Program-made: the position numbers and the translations under genes
Notes under the pieces: model-generated
The model's database searches: none
What the model was told of the DNA's origin: nothing
Seen by the model: only the letters and a program-made list of their open reading frames with translations
In this document: positions 1 to 9,678 of the stretch, one piece after another
Layout of the letters: the number at the start of each line of letters is the position of its first letter
Numbering within the stretch: position 1 is the stretch's first letter
Source of the DNA: Bacteroidales bacterium UBA6088
GTDB lineage: Bacteria; Bacteroidota; Bacteroidia; Bacteroidales; UBA932
Length of the DNA stretch: 64,000 bases
Direction: 5' to 3'
NCBI GenBank assembly: GCA_002428635.1
Contig: DIXE01000025.1
Coordinates: 713 to 64,712 of the forward strand

Positions 1-1021
1 AATCCAGTCCTGAGATAACATCCCATTCAATCCTGCAGTCGCATTTTTTACTTATAAGTGCCGGAAGTTTTACCCTCCCAATATCCTCACAGTTAGAGTG
101 ATGAGAACAAGACTCCAGAATCAGCAACTTGTCGCCCTCTTTGAGATTGTCAATAGCCCTTGTTCCCTTAAGATAATGTACAAACGGGCCCTTGCTTCTG
201 GCAAGCAGAAGACTGAAACCTGTCAGTGGAATATCTTCAGGAACTATTTTTGAAACCTCATTAAACGCCTGACTATCTGTAACCACAAGTTTTGGTTTTA
301 CCGCTGCACTCTTTAGATAAGATCCAAGATTACCGGGCTGGAGAACGATAGCGTTGCCTCCCTTGTCAAGCACATCCCTTATAGCATTGACCTGAGGAAG
401 GATAAGCCTCCCCTCAGGAGCCTCGCTGTCAACAGGGCATACAAGAACTATATTGTAATCTTTCTCAACCAATCCTTCCAGAATGGTCATTTGTGAAAAT
501 GCTGTCTCGTTGAGTTTTTTTACGATATGAGAAGTCAGAACTTCGACAAGCTTTTGCTGCTCAGACTCATCAAAAATATTACAGGAGAATTCAATCACTT
601 CGTGACCGTATTTTTCTTTAATTGCTGTAGCAACCTTCTCCTCAAGAGAGATAATATCAGATTGATTGTGTACAAGCAGAACAGGTAGTTCCTGGTCCCT
701 GAAACTCTTTAAAAGTTCCTTTTCGTATTTATCAATTGTGTTGTTGGTAAAGAGTAGCAATGCAATATCAATCTGCGAAATAATCTTACGACTGCTCTCA
801 ACCCTTCTCTTGCCCAGATTCCCCTCGTCATCTATTCCTGCAGTATCGATTATAACAACCGGACCTAATCCGAATATCTCCATTCTTTTTCTAACCGGAT
901 CTGTAGTGGTTCCCGGAACCTCTGATACAATAGCAATTTCCTGCCCTGTAAGTTTGTTTATCAGAGAGCTCTTCCCTGAGTTCCTTTTACCAAACACCCC
1001 GATATACTTCACATTGCTCAT
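1..1021 (-). CDS. hydF: [FeFe]-hydrogenase H-cluster maturation GTPase HydF (3' end truncated by the window edge)
   Basis: Not in the ORF track because no stop lies inside the window. Manual minus-strand translation from ATG at 1021 gives MSNVKYIGVFGKRNSGKSSLIN (G1 P-loop), GTTTD (G2), DTAG (G3), then VLVCPVDSEAPEGRLILPQV, VVTDSQAF and ESCSHHSNCEDIGRVKLP, all HydF signatures. Confidence 0.92.
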   Translation of the reverse strand, partial: MSNVKYIGVFGKRNSGKSSLINKLTGQEIAIVSEVPGTTTDPVRKRMEIFGLGPVVIIDTAGIDDEGNLGKRRVESSRKIISQIDIALLLFTNNTIDKYEKELLKSFRDQELPVLLVHNQSDIISLEEKVATAIKEKYGHEVIEFSCNIFDESEQQKLVEVLTSHIVKKLNETAFSQMTILEGLVEKDYNIVLVCPVDSEAPEGRLILPQVNAIRDVLDKGGNAIVLQPGNLGSYLKSAAVKPKLVVTDSQAFNEVSKIVPEDIPLTGFSLLLARSKGPFVHYLKGTRAIDNLKEGDKLLILESCSHHSNCEDIGRVKLPALISKKCDCRIEWDVISGLD

Positions 1022-1141
1022 AATTTCCTGTATTAGAAATATTTTTTAAAAAAAGATAAATCTTTACTCAAAGGTAACCTTTTTTTGTTTTTGTATATTT
1101 CAACACCGATTATAAGAATATGTTTGCGAAAAATTACCGAG

Positions 1142-1273
1142 ATGAAAAACAAAAGAACAAAATTTTTACTTTACATTCTTTTTGCTTTGGCAGCTGCCTT
1201 GATATTTTTTATTATCCTTAACTGGGACGGTTTTATGATTGGAATTAGGGCAGGTTCGCAAATGGCTGAATAA
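1142..1273 (+). CDS. Putative small single-pass membrane protein (43 aa)
   Basis: ATG at 1142 gives MKNKRTK-FLLYILFALAAALIFFIILNW-DGFMIGIRAGSQMAE: basic N-terminus followed by one hydrophobic helix. It fills an otherwise empty intergenic gap. Confidence 0.4.
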   Translation: MKNKRTKFLLYILFALAAALIFFIILNWDGFMIGIRAGSQMAE

Positions 1274-1319
1274 AAAGAGTCTCTTAACAGATAAATGCTG
1301 ATATTAAAAATAATTACTA

Positions 1320-1327
1320 TACCTTTG
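1320..1327 (+). promoter_or_regulatory. Bacteroidota sigma70-type -7 promoter element for deaD
   Basis: TACCTTTG matches TAnnTTTG, 20 bp upstream of the GTG start. Confidence 0.55.
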
Positions 1328-1347
1328 CCGTTTTCAAAATTCATAAG

Positions 1348-3132
1348 GTGATTACATTTCAGCAACTCAATCTAAATCAAGACATTCTTAACGCTATTAC
1401 CGACCTTGGGTTTCAAACCCCAACTGAAGTTCAGCAAAAAGTCATTCCTAAACTACTTACAGGAAACCGGGACATAGTTTGTCTGGCACAGACCGGAACA
1501 GGAAAAACGGCTGCTTTCGGGCTGCCTCTTTTAAACGATATCTCTACTGAATCAAGAAAGGTTCAGGCCCTTATACTAAGCCCCACCCGGGAGTTATGCA
1601 GGCAGATAACTGCAGATCTTAAAAATTACGGCAAGTATATTAATGATCTTGGCATTACTGCTGTTTACGGTGGTGCAGCAATTGATTCCCAGATAAAGGC
1701 TCTGAGAAAGGGATGCGAGGTTATCGTAGCCACTCCTGGAAGAATGAACGACCTGCTGGACAGGAAAGTTGTAGATCTGGCCTGTGTCAGAACACTAATT
1801 CTGGACGAAGCAGACGAGATGCTTAATATGGGATTCAAGGAGGAGCTGGACTTAATACTGGAAAGAGTTCCACAAGAGAGAAGAACTCTTCTTTTTTCTG
1901 CAACAATGCCAATGGAGATTGAGGCAATTGCCCGGAATTATATGTCCAATCCTGAGATTATTACTGTTGGTCCAAGAAACTCAGGTTCAAACAACGTAAA
2001 GCATTACTTCTATATGGTCCAGGCCAAGGATCGCTATCTTGCACTTAAAAGAATTGCAGACTACAATCCGGATATATATGCAATGATATTCTGCCGTACC
2101 AGACAGGAAACCCAGGAGGTAGCCGACTGGCTTATACGGGACGGATACAATGCCGATTCCCTTCACGGTGAGCTTTCGCAGGCACAAAGGGATCTTGTTA
2201 TGAAAAGGTTCAAGGAGAAGAAACTTACTCTTCTGGTGGCAACTGATGTGGCTGCAAGGGGAATAGATGTTAACGACCTGACACATGTAATCAACTACAA
2301 CCTGCCTGACGAAGCAGAACAATATACACACAGGAGCGGGAGAACCGGAAGAGCAGACAAGAACGGGATATCAATTGCTATCATTAACAGTAGGGAACAG
2401 CACAAGATACGCCAGATCGAGAAAGTATTAGGCAAAAGTTTTGCAGCAGCAAAAATTCCCACTGGCGAGGAGGTTTGCTCTATGCAAATGCTTCATCTTC
2501 TCAAGCAGGTTGAAGAGACTGAGGTCAAAGATGAGATTGGTGAATATCTGAACATTATTAGTACCAAATGGGACGGGATTAACAAGGATGAGCTGATTAT
2601 GAAGATGCTTTCAATCGAGTTCAACCGTTTTCTGGATTACTACAAACACGCTCCCGATCTCAACATAAGGGAAGAACCCGGAAGAAGATCTACCGGATCT
2701 TCAAAAGACAACAAATACCCGGCAACAGAAAAGGATCACTGTAACATTAAGCTAAGTCTTGGTTACAGGGCAAACATCACTCCCCGCCATATACTCAGAC
2801 TTTTTTCCGCCAGCGGTGTATCCGGTAAAAATGTCGGTAGTATAGACATTCAGAATGAATTCTCACTAATCTCTGTGCCCTCCAATATGGCAGAATATAT
2901 ATGTGAAAATCTTAACGGCACAGAATACCGCGGAAGAATTCTCAAGGTTCAGAAAGAGGGAGCAACTGCAGAACGTTTCTCCAACGGGAACGGCAATCGC
3001 AACAGTAATCGCAACAGCAACAGAGAAGATTACCAGAGTCCCTGGCCAAGAGGTGACAAAAGGATAAGCAGAGATGGGTTCAAACGAAAAAGCTCAGGAA
3101 AGCCCTCCTCAGGCAAGAAAAGAAAAAGATAG
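1348..3132 (+). CDS. deaD: DEAD-box RNA helicase with C-terminal DbpA-type RNA-binding domain
   Basis: Q motif (GFQTPTEVQ), AQTGTGKT, PTRELC, TPGR, DEAD, SAT, ARGID, HRSGRTGRA, plus a basic C-terminal tail. Confidence 0.9.
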   Translation: MITFQQLNLNQDILNAITDLGFQTPTEVQQKVIPKLLTGNRDIVCLAQTGTGKTAAFGLPLLNDISTESRKVQALILSPTRELCRQITADLKNYGKYINDLGITAVYGGAAIDSQIKALRKGCEVIVATPGRMNDLLDRKVVDLACVRTLILDEADEMLNMGFKEELDLILERVPQERRTLLFSATMPMEIEAIARNYMSNPEIITVGPRNSGSNNVKHYFYMVQAKDRYLALKRIADYNPDIYAMIFCRTRQETQEVADWLIRDGYNADSLHGELSQAQRDLVMKRFKEKKLTLLVATDVAARGIDVNDLTHVINYNLPDEAEQYTHRSGRTGRADKNGISIAIINSREQHKIRQIEKVLGKSFAAAKIPTGEEVCSMQMLHLLKQVEETEVKDEIGEYLNIISTKWDGINKDELIMKMLSIEFNRFLDYYKHAPDLNIREEPGRRSTGSSKDNKYPATEKDHCNIKLSLGYRANITPRHILRLFSASGVSGKNVGSIDIQNEFSLISVPSNMAEYICENLNGTEYRGRILKVQKEGATAERFSNGNGNRNSNRNSNREDYQSPWPRGDKRISRDGFKRKSSGKPSSGKKRKR

Positions 3133-3135
3133 GTA

Positions 3136-4491
3136 TCAACGTTTTTTCAGCCTTATCCCAAGCTCTTTAAACACCATATACGTCCATCTCCAGTGCTGAT
3201 ATACCAGTTGGGTCAGCAATGGTACAAGTATCAGGGCAAATATTCCTCCATCTGCAAATTCCATTGCAATAATCAGGATAATCAGAGTTGCAACAGCCGT
3301 CAGAGATTGGGCCTTGTAATGAGGTACAGCGTTACGGGAGAGTAAGACAGAGGTCGAAAGATATGTGAGTGCTTCCATGAGTGCAGCCGCAAACAAAAGC
3401 ACCATAAATTTCCTGTCCAGCAGAGTAGTAGAGCTTTTTATAAGATCAATCGCCCAGTCTCCGAATAAAAGAGTAAAGAGTGAGGCAGCAAGGAATATTA
3501 CAATTGCAATAAATCCCGATTTGAGATAAATTCTCTTCACTTCCATCTCCTCTGTCTTGACTCTGGCTTCTGTCAGGCGTGGATAATAGGTTCCAAACCA
3601 AACCAGTGAGAGAGTGTATGTGAGGTCAACAATTATCTTGCTGGTTCCATATGAACCCATAACAGCCAAAGGAATATACAAAGATCCTATGATTACCAGC
3701 ATCCGGTTTGTAAATATCCAGCTAAGGCTTGCCAGACCAGACTTATACGCAGTGGCCCATAAAATTTTAAGCAGATCTTTCCAGTCGGGGCCCTTGCCTG
3801 CATCTTTTAGCCCGGCAGTTGTTACAGGGTCATAAAAAGAGCGTCTTGCCAGATAACGATTTAAAACAGTTGCGCCTATCTGTCCGATAACCATTGAAAT
3901 CAGTCCGGCACCGCCAAGAAGCAGTAATACAGCTATTATTATATGTACGCACTGGGAGAAGACAATAATCTGCCTTGATCTTTTAATCATACCCCTGCCA
4001 ATGAGAATTGCATCATAGAAGTAGGTGTAGAACTGGAAGCAAAGCAAAACCCCGTAAAGATACCAGGCTACTCTGGCAGCATCAGCATCTCCCTGAAATC
4101 CGTTCAGCAGCTTTTCTATGTAGAAGTATCCGGCAGTCAGAAATATCAGAAGCATAAGCAGAGACATACCTCCATAATAATACTTCATTGCACTGAGTGA
4201 ACCTTTGAGCAAAGGATAACTAATTCCGTCACCCTCTCTGCTCTCTGCTATGCCTTCTCTTACCAACTCTTTTGCTCCGGAAAAAATGTATGTCACAGAT
4301 CTGGAAAAGGTCTGGAAGAAGCCGAAATCAAGCAGATATATCAGAGAGTTCAGACTTATCATTATACTCCAGAGCCCAACCTCCTCAGACGGAAGCATTC
4401 TCAATATCAGAGGCAGAACAATCAAACCGGAGGCCATTCTCATAAAAGTGGCCCCATAGTTCCAGAAAAGATCTGCCTTAGATATTTTCAT
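3136..4491 (-). CDS. O-unit flippase-like polysaccharide export protein (Wzx/MOP superfamily)
   Basis: About 12 hydrophobic segments. N-terminal ADLFWNYGATFMRMASGLIVLPLILRML...EVGLW and DFGF..TFSR patterns are typical of Wzx-like flippases. Confidence 0.72.
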   Translation of the reverse strand: MKISKADLFWNYGATFMRMASGLIVLPLILRMLPSEEVGLWSIMISLNSLIYLLDFGFFQTFSRSVTYIFSGAKELVREGIAESREGDGISYPLLKGSLSAMKYYYGGMSLLMLLIFLTAGYFYIEKLLNGFQGDADAARVAWYLYGVLLCFQFYTYFYDAILIGRGMIKRSRQIIVFSQCVHIIIAVLLLLGGAGLISMVIGQIGATVLNRYLARRSFYDPVTTAGLKDAGKGPDWKDLLKILWATAYKSGLASLSWIFTNRMLVIIGSLYIPLAVMGSYGTSKIIVDLTYTLSLVWFGTYYPRLTEARVKTEEMEVKRIYLKSGFIAIVIFLAASLFTLLFGDWAIDLIKSSTTLLDRKFMVLLFAAALMEALTYLSTSVLLSRNAVPHYKAQSLTAVATLIILIIAMEFADGGIFALILVPLLTQLVYQHWRWTYMVFKELGIRLKKR

Positions 4492-4497
4492 TTTATA

Positions 4498-5742
4498 CTA
4501 GAATACAAACTTTGCCATAAACTCAAGCCGGTTGTTGTAGTTGATATCGAACCTTCCGGTAGGTTTCAGGTATTGATCAATTGTTTCTGCCCACTGGGCA
4601 AAGGTTAAATTATATTCAAGCCCGAATATAAGCTTTTTTGATAGAGAGTACACAACTCTTGGTGATATTCTCGTAAACCATTCCAGTTTCTGATCCCTGA
4701 AGAAAAGATCAGATGTTGATTCCAGATCAACCGGGTCTTTGGTTCCCATATTTCTTTGATATCCGTAAAAGAGTCCGATTTTATAATTTTTGAAAGCCGG
4801 AGTTTCAAAATCTCCCCAAAGAGAGAGGGTTCTCATATTGGTGTAGTCAAAATCCAGAATGCTTGATCCTCCGTTATACGAAACCTTTCCGTATCCGCCA
4901 AGCATATTGTACATTGAGAGGTTATCCCCATAAATCCCCCAAAGTTTCAGAGAATATCCTTCGATTGAAACCTTAAAAAATCCGTTTATGTCAAATCCGC
5001 CTACAGCTGTTGAAATTGGCTTGTTAGTAGCGTCTTTGGATCTAGGTTTAAACATCTTGTACCCGAAAGTTACACCACCGAAAAGTTTATCAGGATCACC
5101 GAATTTCAATTGTGCATGAATGTCAGGCAAAACAGCCAGCATTTGGGCGTTTGCAGGACCGGTTGAGTTGTGGCCGGAGTAAAAATCTGCCGCAGCTAAA
5201 AATGTGATGCCTTCTGCAAATTTCCCCGAATATCTCACCTGCATACCTCTGTGGAGAGAATTAAAGGGATATCCGGACCCGAATGCAACTGTACCTGCCG
5301 AGACCTCCTTTACAACAGTAAGATGGTCTGTCTGCCCAAACAGCAGAGAGTTGTTTTTCCAATTAAGGTTCAGGTAGGCGTGTCTGAGATTTAACATTCC
5401 AATGTAAGATTCCCCGGATCCAAGGAAATCAGCTTCTATGTATGTGTTTATATAGGTATTTTTCAGTTTTATTCCTGAAACTGAAAAACTCAGACGGGTT
5501 GATGCGATAGAAAAATTAAGTGAATTACTGATATTCAGGTCATCTCCGATAGAATTGAAATTTGGCATTAGGGGATATTTGTACTGAAGACCATTCCTGC
5601 CGGCCTGAGAACGATAGTCGTCAAAAAAACTCTTGAATTCAATAAATCCGCCAAGCTTATACACCGGTTCTTCATCCTGTGCCATTAGCGTTAAAGGAAC
5701 AAGCAGGCAGGTTATCAAAATAATTGAAATACTCTTTTTCAT
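4498..5742 (-). CDS. Outer-membrane beta-barrel protein (DcaP-like porin)
   Basis: Signal peptide, alternating amphipathic beta-strands, IEADF...LRHAY and LLFGQT motifs of DcaP-like porins, C-terminal Phe (AKFVF). Confidence 0.6.
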   Translation of the reverse strand: MKKSISIILITCLLVPLTLMAQDEEPVYKLGGFIEFKSFFDDYRSQAGRNGLQYKYPLMPNFNSIGDDLNISNSLNFSIASTRLSFSVSGIKLKNTYINTYIEADFLGSGESYIGMLNLRHAYLNLNWKNNSLLFGQTDHLTVVKEVSAGTVAFGSGYPFNSLHRGMQVRYSGKFAEGITFLAAADFYSGHNSTGPANAQMLAVLPDIHAQLKFGDPDKLFGGVTFGYKMFKPRSKDATNKPISTAVGGFDINGFFKVSIEGYSLKLWGIYGDNLSMYNMLGGYGKVSYNGGSSILDFDYTNMRTLSLWGDFETPAFKNYKIGLFYGYQRNMGTKDPVDLESTSDLFFRDQKLEWFTRISPRVVYSLSKKLIFGLEYNLTFAQWAETIDQYLKPTGRFDINYNNRLEFMAKFVF

Positions 5743-5884
5743 AGTTTATTGATTGTTGAAGTTTGTTTAATAAATAATTATTCAAAGATAATAACTTTTC
5801 AATATAGTATCACCTTTTACTAATTTCATGGTTGCAAATGATAAAAAAGGCTGCCTACTTTTTAGACAGTCTCTTATCTTTTTG

Positions 5885-5956
5885 TAGCCCCACCGCGACT
5901 CGAACGCGAATCTGAAGTTTAGGAAACTTCCGTTCTATCCCTTGAACTATAGGGCC
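5885..5956 (-). tRNA. tRNA-Arg(CCT)
   Basis: Reverse complement folds as a cloverleaf: acceptor GGCCCTA/TGGGGCT, D-arm GTTC/GAAC, anticodon arm GAAGT-TTCCTAA-ACTTC, T-loop TTCGAGT. CCA is not encoded. Confidence 0.93.
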
Positions 5957-5987
5957 CTGGTATATTTTTGTCTGTATAGGAAAATGC

Positions 5988-6983
5988 TCAACTATTGTAG
6001 CCCCATTTATAATAGAGAGCTCCCCAAGTAAATCCTGCTCCAAAAGCAGAGAGTATAAGAGTATCGCCTTTTTTGAAATTTTTCTCAAATTCCCATAAAA
6101 CCAAGGGAATTGAAGTTCCGGCAGTGTTGCCGAATTTTTGGATATTAATCAGAATCTTTTCCCTGTTTAACCCCATTCTCTTTCCTGTTGCCTCGATAAT
6201 TCTCAGATTTGCCTGGTGAGGAACCAGAAAAGCAATATCTTTTGCAGTAAGATTGTGTTTGTCCATAATCTCAACTGAAACATCTGCCATTCTGCTTACA
6301 GCATATTTGAAAACAACCTGACCATCCTGATATACAAAGTGTTCCCTGTTTCTCACGCTCTCTTCAGAAGAGGGATAAAGAGAACCCCCAGCCTTTTGGT
6401 AAAGATACTGTCTTCCGACACCGTCAACGTGAAGTATTGAATCCAGCAGTCCGAGATTGTCATCTTCTGAAGGTTCTACCAACATTGCCACCGCAGCATC
6501 CCCAAAAAGCGGGCAGGTAGTCCGGTCCTGATAATCGATAATTGAAGACATTCTCTCTCCGGTTACAATCACTACCTTCTTGGCTCTTCCTGTTTCGATT
6601 ATAGGTGCTACAGAAGATAATGTAAAAATGAAACCCGAACACCCTGCATTGATATCGTAGCCCCAGGCATTCATTATTCCGACCTTGTCGCAAATAATGT
6701 TTGCCGTTGCAGGAAACATCATATCAGGAGTAACAGTGGCGCAGATAAGCATATCAACCTCATCAGGAGATGTTCCTGTCTTTTTCAGCAATCTACTGAC
6801 TGCCTCGGCACCCATATGGGATGTGCCCAAACCGTCTTCCTTGAGTATTCTCCTCTCTTTTACCCCAATTCTGGTCATTATCCACTCATCAGTGGTATCC
6901 ACCATAGTTGAAAGTTCATCATTCGTAAGGATATAATCCGGAAGATAAGCTTCAATACCTGTTATTACTGCCTTTTTTCTCAT
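5988..6983 (-). CDS. fabH: 3-oxoacyl-ACP synthase III
   Basis: Catalytic triad motifs AGCSGF, PHQANLRII and GNTAG; LFGDAA. Confidence 0.96.
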   Translation of the reverse strand: MRKKAVITGIEAYLPDYILTNDELSTMVDTTDEWIMTRIGVKERRILKEDGLGTSHMGAEAVSRLLKKTGTSPDEVDMLICATVTPDMMFPATANIICDKVGIMNAWGYDINAGCSGFIFTLSSVAPIIETGRAKKVVIVTGERMSSIIDYQDRTTCPLFGDAAVAMLVEPSEDDNLGLLDSILHVDGVGRQYLYQKAGGSLYPSSEESVRNREHFVYQDGQVVFKYAVSRMADVSVEIMDKHNLTAKDIAFLVPHQANLRIIEATGKRMGLNREKILINIQKFGNTAGTSIPLVLWEFEKNFKKGDTLILSAFGAGFTWGALYYKWGYNS

Positions 6984-7041
6984 AATATCCCAGTTTGTTT
7001 ACATAAATCGGGCCGAAGAGAGCAAAAAAATTTATGAAATG

Positions 7042-7227
7042 TTATTTGGAGGCTGTTTTTTCAACCATAAGACGACCTCTGTAGTAGCCGCATTCGGGAC
7101 ATACACGGTGATAAAGAACTGTTGCTCCGCAGTTTGAGCAGTTTGCCAAAGTTGGAACTTCAGCTTTGTAATGAGTTCTTCTCTTATCTCTGCGTGTTTT
7201 GGAAATTCGATGTTTGGGATGTGCCAT
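7042..7227 (-). CDS. rpmF: 50S ribosomal protein L32
   Basis: MAHPKHRISKTRRDKRRTH, Zn ribbon CSNCG...HRVCPECGYY. Confidence 0.97.
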   Translation of the reverse strand: MAHPKHRISKTRRDKRRTHYKAEVPTLANCSNCGATVLYHRVCPECGYYRGRLMVEKTASK

Positions 7228-7242
7228 TACTGTTAGTTTTAT

Positions 7243-7770
7243 TTAATTATTTATCAAATCTTTTAAAGAGCCTAAAGGAGTGTTTAATTCCTCCGGTTTA
7301 TCTGCATTTAAACTTTTGTCGAGTATCCTGATCATTTCCGGATTGCACTTTCCTTTTGGATGAACCCTCTGCAAAGGAAGTGAAAGGCATATATAATCAT
7401 AAAGGAACTGTTTAATATTCAACTCACTTTCTGATGGATCCAGAATTAGCACCTCATCAGACTCAAAGCCGTTGTCCCGTTTTTCGTATTTAACTATAAG
7501 ACTGGCCTTTGTCTTTACGGGCAAAGAGAGCTCTTCCAGACATCTGTCACACTCCACAACAACCTCTCCTTCAATTTCAGATTCCAGCCCAATCCAGGAT
7601 ACTTCTCTGTTGAGCGACACATTTGCAACCATTGAAGCATTGATTATTTGAGAGTTGTCAAATTCCTCAAAGAATGGTTTTTCAATCCGGAAACTGTAAT
7701 TATGTTTCCCGACCGACAGCCCCTTCACTGAAATTACAAACTCTCTGTCAATACTATTCATCATTAGCAA
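7243..7770 (-). CDS. yceD: YceD/DUF177 family protein (23S rRNA accumulation)
   Basis: ECDRCL motif, LSLPLQRVH...C, canonical position upstream of rpmF. Confidence 0.88.
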   Translation of the reverse strand: MLMMNSIDREFVISVKGLSVGKHNYSFRIEKPFFEEFDNSQIINASMVANVSLNREVSWIGLESEIEGEVVVECDRCLEELSLPVKTKASLIVKYEKRDNGFESDEVLILDPSESELNIKQFLYDYICLSLPLQRVHPKGKCNPEMIRILDKSLNADKPEELNTPLGSLKDLINN

Positions 7771-7804
7771 AATGAGCCGACAAAGTTAAACTTTTTTTTC
7801 ATAA

Positions 7805-9613
7805 TTACAACCCGGACGCCCCTTTTCTTCTTTTCCGCTCATTTTCGTCAAGATATATCTTCCTCAATCTAATTGAATTAGGCGTTACCTCAACCATCTC
7901 ATCCTCCTTGATATACTCAAGAGCCTCCTCAAGACTGAAAATTATCGGAGGTGGCAGTGTTGCCTTGTCATCAGTGCCGGAAGCACGGATGTTGGTAAGC
8001 TTTTTGGTTTTGCAGATATTGATTCCAAGATCCTCTCCTCTTGTATGTTCTCCGACAACCTGCCCGGTATAGATCTCCTGCCCCGGAAATATGAAAAATC
8101 TGCCCCTGTCCTGAAGCTTATCCATTGAATATGCAATAGACGTACCTGTTTCAAGTGCTATAAGAGAACCGTTTGATCTTTTTTCTATCTCACCCTTGTA
8201 TGGCTCATAACCTTTGAATCTGTGAGATACAACAGCTTCTCCCTGAGTAGCTGTCATAAGATTAGAACGCAAACCGATAAGGCCTCTGGCGGGTATTTCA
8301 AAATCAAGATGCACTCTGTCTCCTCTGTGATCGATGTGCATCAGACTTGCTTTTCTTCTGGTAGATATCTCGATGGCTTTTCCGGTCATCTCCTCCGGCA
8401 GGTCAATGGTTAAATGCTCAATAGGTTCACAACGCACTCCATTAATGGTCCTGTCCAGAACTTTCGGCTGTCCTATCTGCAGCTCAAACCCCTCTCTTCT
8501 CATTGTCTCAATCAGGATGGACAAATGAAGAATACCCCTTCCGTTAACAATAAAGGACTCGGATGTCAGTCCATCTTTAATTTTAAGCGCCAGGTTCTTC
8601 TCCAGCTCTTTTTCAAGTCTCTCTTTGAGATGCCTGGATGTGACAAGCTTACCCTCTTTCCCGAAAAAAGGAGAATCGTTGATTGTGAAAAGCATACTCA
8701 TTGTCGGCTCATCAATGGCAATTGGAGGCAGAGCCTCAGGATTTTCATAATCGGCAACAGTGTCTCCGATTTCAAATCCATCTATTCCCACAACAGCACA
8801 TATATCTCCACATTCCACCCTGTTGCACTTAACTTTCTCAAGACCCCTGAATATCATAAGATCCTTGATCCGGCTCTTTTCCACAATCCCGTCTCTCTTG
8901 CACAAAGAGATATTCATTCCCGATTCCAGAACTCCCCTTGAGATCCTGCCCACAGCAATCCTGCCCACATAAGGAGAGTATTCAAGAGATGTTATTAGCA
9001 TCTGAGGAGTTCCCTCCACAGCCAAAGGTTCAGGAATAACTTCAAGAATAGTATCAAGCAGAGCTGTTATGTCGGTTGTCGGTTTTCTCCAGTCGTGAGA
9101 CATCCACCCCTGTTTTGCACTTCCGAAAAGGGTTCTGAAATCAAGTTGCTCTTCGGTTGCATTGAGAGAAAACATAAGGTCAAAAACCTGTTCGTTTACT
9201 TCGTCTGGTCTGCAGTTTGGTTTATCAACCTTATTAATTACCACTACCGGTTTCTTGCCCATCTCAATTGCCTTTTGCAGCACAAATCTTGTCTGGGGCA
9301 TAGTACCCTCAAATGCGTCAACCAGCAGCAGAACTCCGTCCGCCATATTCAAAACTCTTTCAACTTCACCGCCAAAATCGGCGTGACCCGGGGTGTCGAT
9401 AATATTAATCTTGTAATCCTTATAGGGGACAGATACATTTTTAGCCAGAATTGTAATCCCTCTTTCCCTCTCCAGATCATTGCTATCCAGCATCAGTTCA
9501 CCCATTTTCTCCGCATCCCTTGATATCATAGACTGTAATATCATTCTGTCTACAAGGGTGGTTTTGCCATGGTCAACATGAGCAATTATTGCGATATTTC
9601 TTATTTTTTGCAT
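7805..9613 (-). CDS. typA: Translational GTPase TypA/BipA
   Basis: Start refined to MQKIRNIAIIAHVDHGKTT (ATG at 9613). ERERGITI, DTPGHADF and NKVD motifs; C-terminal EVTPNSIRLRK. Confidence 0.97.
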   Translation of the reverse strand: MQKIRNIAIIAHVDHGKTTLVDRMILQSMISRDAEKMGELMLDSNDLERERGITILAKNVSVPYKDYKINIIDTPGHADFGGEVERVLNMADGVLLLVDAFEGTMPQTRFVLQKAIEMGKKPVVVINKVDKPNCRPDEVNEQVFDLMFSLNATEEQLDFRTLFGSAKQGWMSHDWRKPTTDITALLDTILEVIPEPLAVEGTPQMLITSLEYSPYVGRIAVGRISRGVLESGMNISLCKRDGIVEKSRIKDLMIFRGLEKVKCNRVECGDICAVVGIDGFEIGDTVADYENPEALPPIAIDEPTMSMLFTINDSPFFGKEGKLVTSRHLKERLEKELEKNLALKIKDGLTSESFIVNGRGILHLSILIETMRREGFELQIGQPKVLDRTINGVRCEPIEHLTIDLPEEMTGKAIEISTRRKASLMHIDHRGDRVHLDFEIPARGLIGLRSNLMTATQGEAVVSHRFKGYEPYKGEIEKRSNGSLIALETGTSIAYSMDKLQDRGRFFIFPGQEIYTGQVVGEHTRGEDLGINICKTKKLTNIRASGTDDKATLPPPIIFSLEEALEYIKEDEMVEVTPNSIRLRKIYLDENERKRRKGASGL

Positions 9614-9678
9614 ATTCAGGCCGCAAAAGTAGATAAAAATATTATTTTTGCAGGTCAATTTAATGAAAATAATCCCCA

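Noticed and set aside
5743-5956. Island integration at tRNA-Arg(CCT), and likewise at tRNA-Leu and tRNA-Arg(ACG)
   Set aside because: I found no duplicated tRNA 3' ends and no integrase beside any of the three tRNAs.
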